Assembly (NCBI RefSeq): GCF_046119375.1
Contig: NW_027362763.1
Span: 653,976,001-654,040,000 of the forward strand
Source: Phyllobates terribilis
Taxonomy: Eukaryota
Direction: 5' to 3'
DNA: 64,000 bases
The notes beneath the pieces were generated by a model, which was given only the letters and a program-made list of their open reading frames with translations, had not been told where the DNA came from and searched no databases. Shown piece after piece: positions 23,912-35,838 of the stretch. Both the position numbers and the translations under genes were made by a program. How positions within the stretch are numbered: the stretch's first letter is position 1; each line of letters begins with the position of its first letter.

Positions 23912-26900
23912 CTAGATGGTGGCCCGATTCTAACGCATCGGGTATTCTAGAATAGGTATGCGGCCGACCGGGCGCAATCAGCAGAGCGGTATTTAAATTT
24001 GGCGCCAAAATCGCTGATTGGTCGAGGCCAGCAACCGCGACCAATTAGCAAAGCGGTGTTAAAATTTGGTGCCTATATCGCAGATTGGTCACGGCCGGCG
24101 GTCGCGACTAATCAGCAGAGCGGGGTTTAAATTTGGCGCCAATAATGCTGATTGGTCGCGGCCAGCGAACGTGACCAATCAGCAGAGCGGGGTTTAAATT
24201 TGGCGGCAATAATGCTGATTGGTTGCGGCCGGCGGTCGCGACCAATCAGCAGAGCGTTCTTTAAATTTGGCGCCAATAATGCTGATTATTTGTGACCGGT
24301 AACCGCAACCAATGAGCAGAGCAGTGTTTAAATATGGCGCCAATATCGCTGATTGGTCGTGGTGGCCGGCAGCGACCAATCAACGAAGCGGTGTTTAAAT
24401 TTGGCGCCAATATCGCTGATTGGTCGCGGCCGGTGGTTGCGACTAATCAGCAGAACGAGGTTTAAATTTGGAGCCAATACTGCTGATTGGTCGCGACCAG
24501 AGACCGCGACCAATCAGCAGAGCGGTGTTTAAATTTAGCACCAATATTGCTGATTGGTCGCGGCCGGAGACCGTGACTAATCAGCAGAGCGGTGTTTAAA
24601 TTTGGCGCCAATACTGCTGATTGGTCGCGGCCGGAGACCGCGAGCAATCAGCAGAGCGTTGTTTAAATTTGGCACCAAAATCGCTGATTGTACGCGGCTG
24701 GCAGTCGCGACCAATCAGCAGAGCGGGGTTTAAATTTGGCGCCAATACTGCTCATTGGTCGCGGCCGACGACCGCGACCAATCAGCAGAGCGGTGTTTCA
24801 AATTGGCACCAAAATCGCTGATTGGTCGCGGCCGTCCACCGCAACCAATCAGCAGAGCGTTGTTTAAATTTGGCTCCAATCTCACTGATTGGCTGCGGCT
24901 AGCAGCCGTGACCAATCAGCAGAGCGTTGTTTAAATTTGGCGCCAATCTCGCTGATTGGTCGCGTCTGCCGTCCGCGACCAATCAGCAGAGCGTTGTTTA
25001 AATTTGGCGCCAATCTCGCTGATTGGTCACGTCTGGCGTCCGCGACCAATCAGCAGAGCGTTGTTTAAATTTGGCGCCAATCTCGCTGATTGGTCGCGTC
25101 TGGCGTCCGCGACCAATCAGAAGAGAGTTGTTTAAATTTGGCGCCAATCTCGCTGATTGGTAGCGGTCGCCGGCGGCCGCGACCAATCAGCACAGCGGTG
25201 TTTAAAATTAGCGCCAATCTCGCTGATTGGTCGCGGCCGGCCACCGCGACCAATGAGCAGAGCGGCGTTTAAATTTGCCGCCCATGTCGCTGATTGGTCG
25301 CGGTCGGCCACCGCGACCAATGAGCAGAGAGGCGTTTAAATTTGCCACTGATATCGCTGATTGGTAGAGGTGGCCGGCCGCGACCAATCAGCAGAGCGGC
25401 GTTTAAATTTGCCGCCCATCTCGCTCATTGGTCGCGGCCGGCCACCGCGACCAATCAGCAGAGCGGCGTTTAAATTTGCCGCCCATCTCGCTCATTGGTC
25501 GCGGTCGGCCGGCCACCGCGACCAATCAGCAGAGTGGCGTTTAAATTTGCCGCCCATCTCGCTCATTGGTCGCGGTGGCCACCGCGATTAATCAGCAGAG
25601 TGGCGTTTAAATTTGGCACCAAAATCGCTGATTGTACGCGGCTGGCGGTCGCGACCAATCAGCAGAGCGGGGTTTAAATTTGGCGCCAATACTGCTCATT
25701 GGTCACGGCCGACGACCGCGACCAATCAGCAGAGCGGTGTTTCAAATTGGCACCAAAATCGCTGATTGGTCGCGGCCGGCCACCGCAACCAATCAGCAGA
25801 GCATTGTTTAAATTTGGCGCCAATCTCAGATTGGCCGCGGCTAGCAGCCGCGACCAATCAGCAGAGCGTTGTTTAAATTTGGCGCCAATCTCGCTGATTG
25901 GTCGCGGTGGCCGGCCGCGACCAATCAGCAGAGCGGCGTTTAAATTTGCCGCCCATCTCACTCATTGGTCGCGGCCGGCCACCGCGACCAATCAGCAGAG
26001 TGGCGTTTAAATTTGCCGCCCATCTCGCTCATTGGTCGCGGCCGGCCACCTCGACCAATCAGCAGAGCGTTGTTTAAATTTGGCGCCAATCTCGCTGAAT
26101 GGTCGCGTCTGGCGTCCGCGACCAATCAGCAGAGCGCTGTTTAAATTTGGCGCCAATCTCGCTGATTGGTCGCGGCCGGCCACCGTGAGAAATCTGCAGA
26201 GCGGCGTTTAGATTTGCTGCCCATCTCGCTGATTGGTCGCGGCCGGCCACCGCGACCAATCAGCAGAGCGGCGTTTAAATGTGCCGCCCATCTCGCTGAT
26301 TGGTCGCGGCCGGCCACCGCGACCAATCAGCAGAGCGGCGTTTAAATGTGCCGCCCATCTCGCTGATTGGTCGCGGCCGGCCACCGCGACCAATGAGCAG
26401 AGCGGCGTTTAAATTTGCCGGCCATCTCGCTGATTGGTCGCGGCCGGCCACCGCGACCAATGAGCAGAGCGGCGTTTAAATTTGCTGCTCATCTCTCTGA
26501 TTGGTCGCGGTCGGCCACCGCGACCAATCAGCTGAGCGGCGTCTAAATTTGCCGCCGATATCGCTGATTGGTCGCGGTGGCCGGCCGCGAACAATCAGCA
26601 GAGCGGCGTTTAAATTTGCCGGACATCTCGCTGATTGGTCGCGGTGGCCGGCCGCGACCAATCAGCACAGCGGTGTTTAAATTTAGCGCCAATCTCGCTG
26701 ATTGGTCGCGGCCGGCCACAGCGACCAATCAGCAGAGCGGCGTTTAAATGTGCCGCCCATCTCGCTGATTGGTCGCGGCCGGCCACCGCGACCAATGAGC
26801 AGAGCGGCGTTTAAATTTTCCGGCCATCTCGCTGATTGGTCGCGGCCGGCCACCGCGACCAATGAGCAGAGCGGCGTTTAAATTTGCCGCCGATATCGCT

Positions 26901-27788
26901 GATTGGTCGCGGTGGCCGGCCGCGACCAATCAGCAGAGCGGCGTTTAAATTTGCCGCCCATCTCGCTGATTGGTCGCGGTGGCCGGCCGCGATTAATCAG
27001 CAGAGCGGCGTTTAAATTTGCCGGACATCTCGCTGATTGGTCGCGGTGGCCGGCCGCGACCAATCAGCAGAGCGGCGATTAAATTTGCCGCCCATCTCAC
27101 TCATTGGTCGCGGCCGGCCACCGCGACCAATCAGCAGAGCGGCGTTTAAATTTGCCGCCCATCTCGCTCATTGGTCGCGGTGGCCGGCCGCGATTAATCA
27201 GCAGAGCGGCGTTTAAATTTCCCGGCCATCTCGCTGATTGGTCGCAGTGGCCACCGTGACCAATCAGCAGAGCGGCGTTAAAATTTGCCACCCATCTCGC
27301 TAATTGGTCGCGGCCGGCCACCGCGACCAATCAGCGTCGTATTAGTGTGGGCCCGGGAGCGGCGCTGCTTGTGCGGCTCCGTATTAGCGAGGATCGGGGA
27401 GCGGCGCTGCCTGTGCGGCTCCTTCTGCTGCGAGAAGCCAGGAGATGAGCGGCTGCTCGCAGCAGAAGCATCCCGACCGGCGGTGCCGCTCCTCGGTCCT
27501 CCGTTCACACTTGTTGTCGGGAGAACAGCAGGCCAAGACGCTGATCTTCCGACGTTAGCCGCATGGAGGTCAGCGGCGCCGTCGGGGTAGTTGTGCTGCT
27601 AGCGCCGCTCATCTCCCCGCTGCATTGCCACTGACCTCGGTCCGCCAGATGAGCCGCTAACGGCCGCCATCTTTTTTCAGAAATCAAGCGGCGCTGATTG
27701 GCCGCTGCCGGACCAATGAGTGACGCGGGATTTCCAGGACAGACAGACAGACAGACAAATAGACGGGATAAGACAATTATATAGTAGA
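23912..27788 (-). mobile_element. Non-autonomous Helitron
   Basis: The minus strand starts TCTACTATATAA followed by (TGTC)n. It ends with hairpin CCCGAT-gcgttaga-ATCGGG, then CCACCAT-CTAG. Inserted between A and T with no TSD. Confidence 0.9.
23950..27335. repeat. 67-bp hairpin-forming satellite (~50 copies) within the Helitron
   Basis: Unit cgcgaccaatcagc-agagcggcgtttaaatttgccgcccatctc-gctgattggtcgcg-gccggccac. The ORF track shows repeats at 67/134-bp offsets. Confidence 0.96.
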
Positions 27789-27959
27789 TTTTGCAGGGAC
27801 GAGTTATGGATCGAAGAAGAGGTCATGGAGGTCTGGGCCGAATGAATAAGAAAAGAGAAAATGAATAACAAAAATCAACAAGAACGTAACTGGGGAGAAC
27901 CTGTACAGTACACACATATATGGTCTGCAGAGCACTGGTGTAGACCTGATATTACCATT

Positions 27960-28979
27960 TGCTTATACACCATACTCATTGGGTACTACTACCCAATGAG
28001 TTCAAGAAGTGACACACATATGTTTCAATAAAATATACATTTTATTAATAAATTCTAAAACCATATATTAAAACAGAAAGGAACTAAAAAGTACACTGGG
28101 GCACAATCATTAATGCATTCTATAGCATTGGGCACAATTGGACAATAGTCTAAAAGGGAGGTATAGATGTGCTTAAATAAAATTATATGCAAATATACCC
28201 GTCCTTCTACAATAGGAAATCACTGCATAAAGGGTAAATATCCTAGTTGTCACTGCTAGAAGTCTATACTGCAGATAATCACCATTGAGGGGAAAGGTCT
28301 CCACATATATAAATAAGAGCGATAATCAGATCACTAATAACATCAGTTCCTCATAAAGTACAAGACACAAGGTCTATATCCTGTATCAATTTAAGAAAAA
28401 TTACTCTCTATATTTATCAACCATATCCTCATACCATAATGGTGAGCATAGTAATGAGCGCGGCTATCTCCTCGCGCTGATAAGAGTAAATTGCTTATAC
28501 AAAGGACCAAGGTCAAAATGCTATTTACCTAGTGTACAGTAGTTGCTTAATGTAGATCTGCTCCTCAGTGTAGCCCCGCCGCGCACGTTTCGCCCTGTTT
28601 GCTTCTTCCGGGGGCGTGTCTATATTACGGAAGGTGGGTGTTTAAATACCTCAATGGTGATTATCTGCAGTATAGACTTCTAGCAGTGACAACTAGGATA
28701 TTTACCCTTTATGCAGTGATTTCCTATTGTAGAAGGACGGGTATATTTGCATATAATTTTATTTAAGCACATCTATACCTCCCTTTTAGACTATTGTCCA
28801 ATTGTGCCCAATGCTATAGAATGCATTAATGATTGTGCCCCAGTGTACTTTTTAGTTCCTTTCTGTTTTAATATATGGTTTTAGAATTTATTAATAAAAT
28901 GTATATTTTATTGAAACATATGTGTGTCACTTCTTGAACTCATTGGGTAGTAGTACCCAATGAGTATGGTGTATAAGCA
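27960..28979. repeat. 331-bp apparently perfect inverted repeat (27960-28290 / 28649-28979) around a 358-bp spacer; Penelope-like pLTR with inverted 3' copy
   Basis: The arms read as exact reverse complements by eye. The spacer carries tatttaaa and a hammerhead-like motif on the minus strand. ATTT lies on both outer sides. Confidence 0.88.
28572..28618 (-). ncRNA. Degenerate minimal hammerhead-like motif
   Basis: Minus strand cgcccc-CGGAAGA-a-gc(aaacagg)gc-GAAA-cgtgcgc-GGC-ggggc. There is a U>G change in the core and at the cleavage triplet. Confidence 0.5.
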
Positions 28980-29356
28980 TTTGAAATGTTGAAGTGCTAA
29001 ACAATATATTTTTGGACGCTTTTGAAAGTAAACTGATATTACCATTATATGGTCACTGTATGGTGGTTATAACAGTCCTAGTGCAGTTGTTTTGGATAAT
29101 CACTACGGCGGTATTATCACTACTGTATATGCTGGTGATATATGGTTATGATCTGGTGGTATTTATCTGTTATATTGTATTATTATATCTTATATAGTGG
29201 TATTATTGGAAATATAGGTAGTAGTCTTGATTTTCTGCAGGCAGGGTACTGTAAGTAATAGAGACCCTAATCTGGGGAGGGTGCAGGTACCACATGGGCC
29301 TGTGTGCTTTCAAATGCCAGGGCTAAATTTTATTTAGTCCCAGTCCATCCTTGCCC

Positions 29357-30960
29357 ACTAGATAACCCTGCTAGATAACCCTGACCATGAGCTCTTTGTG
29401 GATGGATCACGGTACGGCGTGGATGGCCGGTTCTACACTGGATATGCTGTTGTTTCCCTCCATAAAACCATAAGAGCAGAGCAGCTGCCCCCACACATGT
29501 CCACCCAGGAAGCTGATCTCCGTATCCTAGAAGAAGCCTGCAGACGTGCTAAAGACCAAACTGCCACCATTTATACAGACAGCCGCTATGCTTTTGGCAT
29601 AGCTCATGACTATGGACCTATATGGAAAGCTCGATCTTTGCTCACAGCAGCAGGCAGGCCTATCAAGAATTATAAATCCGTCCAACGCCTGATAGAGGCT
29701 TTACTTTTAGCCAAGAAAGTTGCCATAGTGAAAGTCAAAGGCCATGCAAAGAACGACTCAACTACAACTAAAGGCAACTATCTGGCCGCCCAGGCTGCAA
29801 AATCTGCAGCTTACCAAGCAAAAGACAACCATGCCGGGGTGACAGCCGCACAGGTGGCCTCCACCGCAGACCCACCTGTGACCTATGACATTCTCTAGAA
29901 GCTACAACAACAGGCTGGTGTTGAAGAATTCGCCAGGTGGCAAGATAAGGGAGCTGTACAGTCACCAGAAGGACTGTGGCATGTGGGGGAGAAAGTTTGT
30001 CTTCCCTGGGTTCTGTATCCCATGATGGCTCAAGCCACCCATGGCAATACCCACCAAATTAAGACTGCCATGACAGACCTCATCCACCATCATTGGTATG
30101 CTCCTGGGTTCAGTGTCACCACAGCCAAACACGTTCAAGCCTGTCTGACCTGTGTGCTCAACAACATGGGACGCACCAACAAGACGCCAATGAGACACAC
30201 ACCGAGGCCCCTGTACCCATTTCAGCACCTTCAGAAAGATTAAATTCAACTTCTCAAGGTGCAAACCTAAGAGTATGTACTTGCGTGTATCGACCTATTC
30301 TCAGGATGGCCAGAAGCATACTCTGTGTGTAAAGCCACCACCAAAGCTACAGCGAAGAAACTAATCTCAGAAGTCGTCAGCATAAACGGGGTGCCCTAGA
30401 CCATAGAGAGTGACAAAGGCACCCACTTTACTGGAGAAGTGATGCAGGAAATAATACCCGCCCTGGGAGTGGCATGGGCCTTTCATACTCAGTATCATCC
30501 ACAAAGTAGCGGTAAAGTAGAGAGACTGAATAGGACCCTGAAACTGAAAATCCACAAAGCCATGGTGAAAAGGGCAGACCATGGACAGAATTCTTGCCCC
30601 TTGCACTCTTCTCAATCAGGTACACTCCCTACAGAGACAAGCCTCAGCCAATATGAGGTGTTATTTGGGTCAGCCCCTAGGCTGTGGTTGTATTTTCCGC
30701 AGCAGCTCCGGATGCAACATGATAGGAGGTCTTATTATGTTATTGCACTCAGAAAACACTTGTCTGACATATACTCTCGAGTTTACTTTTTTCTTCCAGA
30801 TCCAGATTCTGTGGAAGGAAACCACCCCCTGCAGCCTAGATGGCGGGCAAAAGACATGTCAGAAAAGCCCTTGAGCCTCGATTTGATGTGCAGTTCCAAG
30901 TTCTTGTGAAAACTGAGGTGGCCTTAAAGCTCGAGTGAAAGCCTAAGTGGATCCACGCCT
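29357..30960 (+). pseudogene. pol: ERV pol remnant: RNase H plus integrase, with stops and frameshifts
   Basis: LFVDGSR...IYTDSRYAFGIAH...KVKGH; HHCC (THGNTH...CLTC); SDKGTHFT; HTQYHPQSSGKVERLNRTLK. Confidence 0.92.
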
Positions 30961-30997
30961 GACACTGAAAGACAGCTGATGCTAGGAAGGTCACCGA

Positions 30998-31590
30998 ATG
31001 ACATGGACACACAGCCTGTGCCTTATCCTTTTTGCCTTGATAAATGGGGGCTCATCAAAGGCTATGTTCCAGGAGAGAAAGGATGAGGAGCTAGTTACCA
31101 CTTTCTGGTTTAATACATCAGACCCTGTAGTCAGTTATAAATTTGACCTGTGTAACATGGTCTCCTGTCCTAGGGTGAAGTGGCACGTGGAGACACCTAT
31201 AGACTCACTCAAAATTATACATTCGTCAACAATGGCTAGGAGTCTGATTGCGAGTCCTGGCACATCGAGTGGTGGAACATTGGTGAGGACTGGGTCTACA
31301 AACTTTCAGTAGCCCAAGAGAAGACAGACCTCAAGGATTGTGTCTCTAAATACAGACTAGCTCCACAAATGTGCAAAGGAAAGTCAGAGACACAAGCGTG
31401 ACACTGGCATTCCTACTTCTTTCGACCTTTACGTGTACATCGACGCTATTGGAGTACCAGATGAGTTCAAAAGCCAGAGATCTAGCTGCAAGGTTTGAAT
31501 CACTATTCCCCAGTATTACAGTGAATAAACATGTGGACTGGATAAATTATATCTACTATACCCAACAGATTTGATCATTTTAGTAGGGAT
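30998..31590 (+). pseudogene. env: ERV env 5' part (signal peptide, deleted SU, start of TM)
   Basis: MTWTHSLCLILFALING...FDLCNMVSCP; IDAIGVPDEFKAR...NKHVDWINYIYY, a motif typical of fish/amphibian ERV env. Confidence 0.85.
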
Positions 31591-32239
31591 TAGTGTTGAG
31601 CGAGCACTAAAATGCTCGGGTGCTTGAAGCTCGGGCCGAGCTCGCCGTGATACTCGGGTGCTCGACCCGAGCAACGAGCCCAATGTTAGTCTGTGGGAGA
31701 CTCGAGCATTTTTGCGGTGGCACCCCCGGCAGTCTTTTAAAAGCCTAACAAGTGCCCAAAACGATAGTGACAGTGCTCAAATGACATGGGGACAGCATGG
31801 GGATCGCCCCAGGAAGCATTTCTGACCCCCAGGTCACTGCTGTCAACAACGTGGTCAGAGGTATTAAGCCACTGTTACGGGCTCACAATAAAACGTTCAA
31901 AAACGAAAGTGAAACTTTTCCTGTGAAATATGTTAAGGAACATCCTTTCCAGGGAAAAGACTTGTGTATAAGTTAAAATAAATGACCAAAAACAAAAATA
32001 CTCCTCCACACCTTCGGCTATGTACACAAGTAGCATTTTTGATGCGTTTTTGCACTTTTGTATTGCTTTCAACTATGACCAATGCATTCACCGGGAAATG
32101 TCATTTTAACATTTTACAACCTTATCTGGCCATGTGCTGTGTGACACATGCATAAAGTGCTGAAAAGACATGGGAACAGCATGGGGAAGACCCCTGGAAG
32201 CATCTCTGACTCCCAGGTCACTGTCTAAAAGTGTGCCCA

Positions 32240-33670
32240 TCATAAGTGATCCTTGCCGCATCAGAAGATGCAGACTTGCAACTATCCCCATGCAAGTTCT
32301 AGTCCCAGGGCAGTGTTCAATTGTACCTCCCCCATTCCTTGCAATACAAGCGCAAGTATGCAGCCTGCCACCCACCCACCCCCAGGCTGCAATACTATAC
32401 TGCTTGCTTGCTTGAACTTGAAATTGGGCCTTTTAGGCATGTGGAGGCGGAATCTGGCCACCACGTCATGGCTGTGTTGGCGGCCTGGAATCCATACTCA
32501 GTCCCCAGCCGCCCGGCGGCCGGGTGTCCATACTCGGTCCCCAGCCGCCCCGCGGTCGGGTGTCCACACACGGTCCCCAGCCGCCTGGGGGCAGCCGGGT
32601 GTCCATAAACAGTCCCCAGCCGCCCCTATTTCTCCTTGGAACATCCCCCCACACACTTTTCTTAGCCCGGCCTGCTTTAGGCAGCATTGGACGAGCCCAC
32701 CAGAGAACCAGACTCCTCCGGTGGGCCCTGACTTCTCCATCGGTGGAGTTGAGAGTGCCAAGGTGAGGAGCATGATGATGATGATGACAGAAGTTAGCAT
32801 CTGCTATGTTTTCTTTTAATGGAAGTGTAAGTGTGCAGCCTGCCACCCACCCACCCCCAGACTGCAATTCCATACTGCTAGCTTGCACTTGAAATGGGGC
32901 CTTTTAGTTTGGAGGAGGCCGAAGCTGGCCACTACCTCATGGCTGCTTCGGTAGCGAGGTATCCATACTCAGTCCCCAGCCGCCCCTATTTGTCCTGGTG
33001 TGCCTTATACATAAGATTAAGCGCGTATACCAAAACATTACCTGTGCCCTCCCCAGTGCATTTAGTGGGAAGGAGAGCCTATTCCGCTGTAGTGTGTGCA
33101 TGTCAAACCCCTGTTCATGGTACATGCGAAGATGCCTCCCACCTTGCACCTGTCGTTGCAGACTTGCAGCTATCCCCATTTAAGTCCTTGTCCCAGGGCA
33201 GTGTTCAATTGTACCTCTCCCATTCCTTGCAATGCAAGCGCAATTATGCAGCCTGCCACCCACCCACCCCCAGGCTGCAATACCATACTGCTTGCTTGCA
33301 CTTTAAATTGGGCCTTTTAGGCATGTGGAGGCGGAATCTGGCCACCACGCCATGGCAGTGTCGGCGGCCTGGTATCCATACTCAGTCCCCAGCCGCCTGG
33401 TGGCCGGGTGTCCCCGCTTGCTCCCCAGCCTCCAGGGGGTGGCCGGGTGCCCATACTCGGTCCCCAGCCACCCCTATTTGTCCCGGTAACCTTTCCCACA
33501 CTTTTCTTAGCCTGGCCTGCTTTAGGGCAGCATTGGCCGAGCCCACCGGACTATCAGACTCCTCCGGTGGGTCCTGGCTTCTCCATCAGGGGAGTTGAGA
33601 GTGCCAAGGTGAGGAGCATGATGAGGATGATAGAAGTTAGCATCTGCTTTGTTTTGTTGTAATGCAAGCG
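32240..33670. repeat. hAT-internal ~500-bp direct repeats containing a ~27-bp GC-rich minisatellite
   Basis: Block gaagatgc...cacccacccccaggctgcaatac...ggcccttttaggcatgtggaggcggaatctggccacc recurs at ~32265, ~32830 (partial) and ~33137. The minisatellite is ctcagtccccagccgcc. Confidence 0.85.
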
Positions 33671-34147
33671 CATGTATGTAGTAGCGGCTAGGCCTGAGGT
33701 GGTCAGCGTTTTGGCGCATATCCTACCTCCTCCGAGGATTGCTGGATGTTTTCCTGCTACTATCCAAGTTCTATGACTCCCGTTAAAACAAAGCTTCAGG
33801 TGATAAATGATGGATGAGGTAGTGGCAAAGGAGAAAGAGCAGGAGGAACAGGGACCATTCACATCAATATCAGGCCAGTCAACCAGATATGTCTTGTAGG
33901 ATATGTTTCTGTAACAAAAGGAGCGGTTCGGCTACACAGTTATAGGGCATACAGTGAGTGCAATGCCTACCAAAAATTTCGAGGCACTCCAATGCCCCTT
34001 GGAAATGACATGGAGGTCAGAGGGCGTTAACTAAACCTTTTTTTCCATTTATAGCAACTGGGTCTCCTGTGCACTGTTGGCCTAAGCAGTGAATGGAAGG
34101 CTTTCCAAAAATTATGAGGAACTGCAATGCCCCTTACAAGAGCCATG

Positions 34148-35174
34148 TGTGGCACCCCAGGGGACTGGTCACCACAGTAATAGAGATTTTACGTCGGAGA
34201 GCAAGTGGGAGGTTTCCTGGTCAGGATCCCTTAAACATGCAACATCCTCCTGTCCCAGTCCTGGGAGTGGAGAATTCTGCCCTTATAAACTGGATCTGGG
34301 GCGGGGTTGAGTGAGTCAGAGAACAGAGAACAGTCAGAGTCAGAGTGAGAGCAAGGGAAAGTAACAGCAAGGAGCTCTGTAGGAGCTAGGAGCTAAAGAC
34401 CAGGGGCTGGAAGCTGAGCAGAGCTCGCCCTGGCAGAAAACAATAGGAACTGGACACAGGAGTCCGAGGCTGTGAGGACTTATATATCCAGCAGCAGAAA
34501 CCAGCCGGCAGGGGATTTCAGGTCCTCTGGCCATAGAAGCCCGGAGGCTCAATCACAAGCAAGGGACCAGCACAGCCGTCGTGGAGAGGAGGCTAACAGA
34601 AGGCCCCAAGTCACCAGCCATACGGGTGAGCACTACACGGTACACTCAGGGACGTGGGCTACTTCTACCCGCTTACAGCAAGGTAGCCAGGAAGAGTGCA
34701 GACAGACGGGGAGGCCTACAACTCCACCTGGCCAGGGGAACTCCTGCTTGCTCACAGACTGACCAGGCCTCTTATGCTAGCCAGTACTCCCAGGAGGGTC
34801 TACCTTATAATCATCAGTAAAGACCCTGAACTGCACTGCAAAGACTCTGAGTCGTTCCTGCTGCGCTAGTGCACCATCACCCCCATCATACACACTCACT
34901 GCCCTGAGGCTATACTCCTCCCGTGGGGAGTTATCCCATTCTCTGCTGTGCACACAACACCAGCCTCAGCGGTCTGCCTCGCAGCGGTGGTACTCCCTGA
35001 CCGCAATCCACGGGTGGCGCAGTCGGACAATTAACCTCAAAACCTAAGAAAGACTGCCACTGGTTTGACCAGCCTGAGCCACGGGACCGGGTCACCGCCA
35101 CGGAGACTACAGACCCCAGAGACCCGGTACCGGGTATCCCACACACGTGTACACACGGCCCAGGGGGCGCGTCA
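34148..35174 (+). mobile_element. Solo LTR inserted in the hAT
   Basis: TGTGGC...GCGTCA with CATG on both sides (34144-47, 35175-78). TATAAA at ~34282 and AGTAAA at ~34816. It splits one 133-bp hAT repeat unit. The right end could alternatively be 35176. Confidence 0.8.
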
Positions 35175-35690
35175 CATGCAGTACAGCATATTACAAACAT
35201 AAGTCCCATTATTGGGGAGTGGGTCTCCCATAGTATTTGCTTATGCCTTGCAAGCAAAAGCTGCCAAAAATTAGGACGGAGCAACTTTCAATGCCCCTTA
35301 CAGGAGCCATGCAGTACAGCATATTACAAACATAAGTCCCATTATTGGGGAGTGGGTCTCCCATAGTATTTGCTTATGCCTTGCAAGCAAAAGCTGCCAA
35401 AAATTAGGACGGAGCAACTTGCAATGCCCCTTACAAGAGCCATGCAGTACAGCATATTACAAACATAAGTCCCATTATTGGGGAGTGGGTCTCCCATAGC
35501 ATTTGCTTATGCTTTCCAAGCAAAAGCTGCCAAAAATTAGGACGGAGCAACTTTCAATGCCCCTTACAAGAGCCATGCAGTACAGCATATTACAAACATA
35601 AGTCCCATTATTGGGGAGTGGGTGTCCCATAGTATTTGCTTATGCCTTGCAAGCAAAAGCTGCCAAAAATAAGGACGGATGAACTTGCAA
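35175..35690. repeat. 133-bp tandem repeat (~4 copies) downstream of the hAT transposase
   Basis: gccccttaca starts at 35293, 35426 and 35559. The first unit begins at ~34128, before the LTR. Confidence 0.95.
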
Positions 35691-35838
35691 TGCAGGCACC
35701 CTGGTGGTATAGTGGTGGTGGAGGCTGAGGATAAGGAGAAGAAGATAAAACAGCCGAAACGAGGAAGCGTATACCCATGTGTGGGTGTGAAGCGGTGCAT
35801 GTGAATACACCTCCCGAAATAACACAGTGGATTTGACT

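Larger units (their letters stand above)
23575..29355. mobile_element. Old non-autonomous DNA element hosting the Helitron and the Penelope-like insertion
   Basis: G-rich gggcac/tattactgt repeats at 23575-23900. The sequence reads through across the Helitron (ttctgttaca|ttttgcaggg). A TIR-like end ...tcccagtccatccttg lies at ~29340-29353. Confidence 0.4.

Noticed and set aside
23950-27335. Dozens of 60-62-aa ORFs (MVAVAGRDQSAR...)
   Set aside because: These are by-products of the 67-bp period (each frame shifts per monomer) and start at TTG/GTG. There is no evidence of coding.
32998-33183. Cys-rich ORF (MCLIHKIKR...CSVC...) resembling a piggyBac C-terminal domain
   Set aside because: The Cys spacing does not match convincingly, and it lies within hAT-internal repeats.
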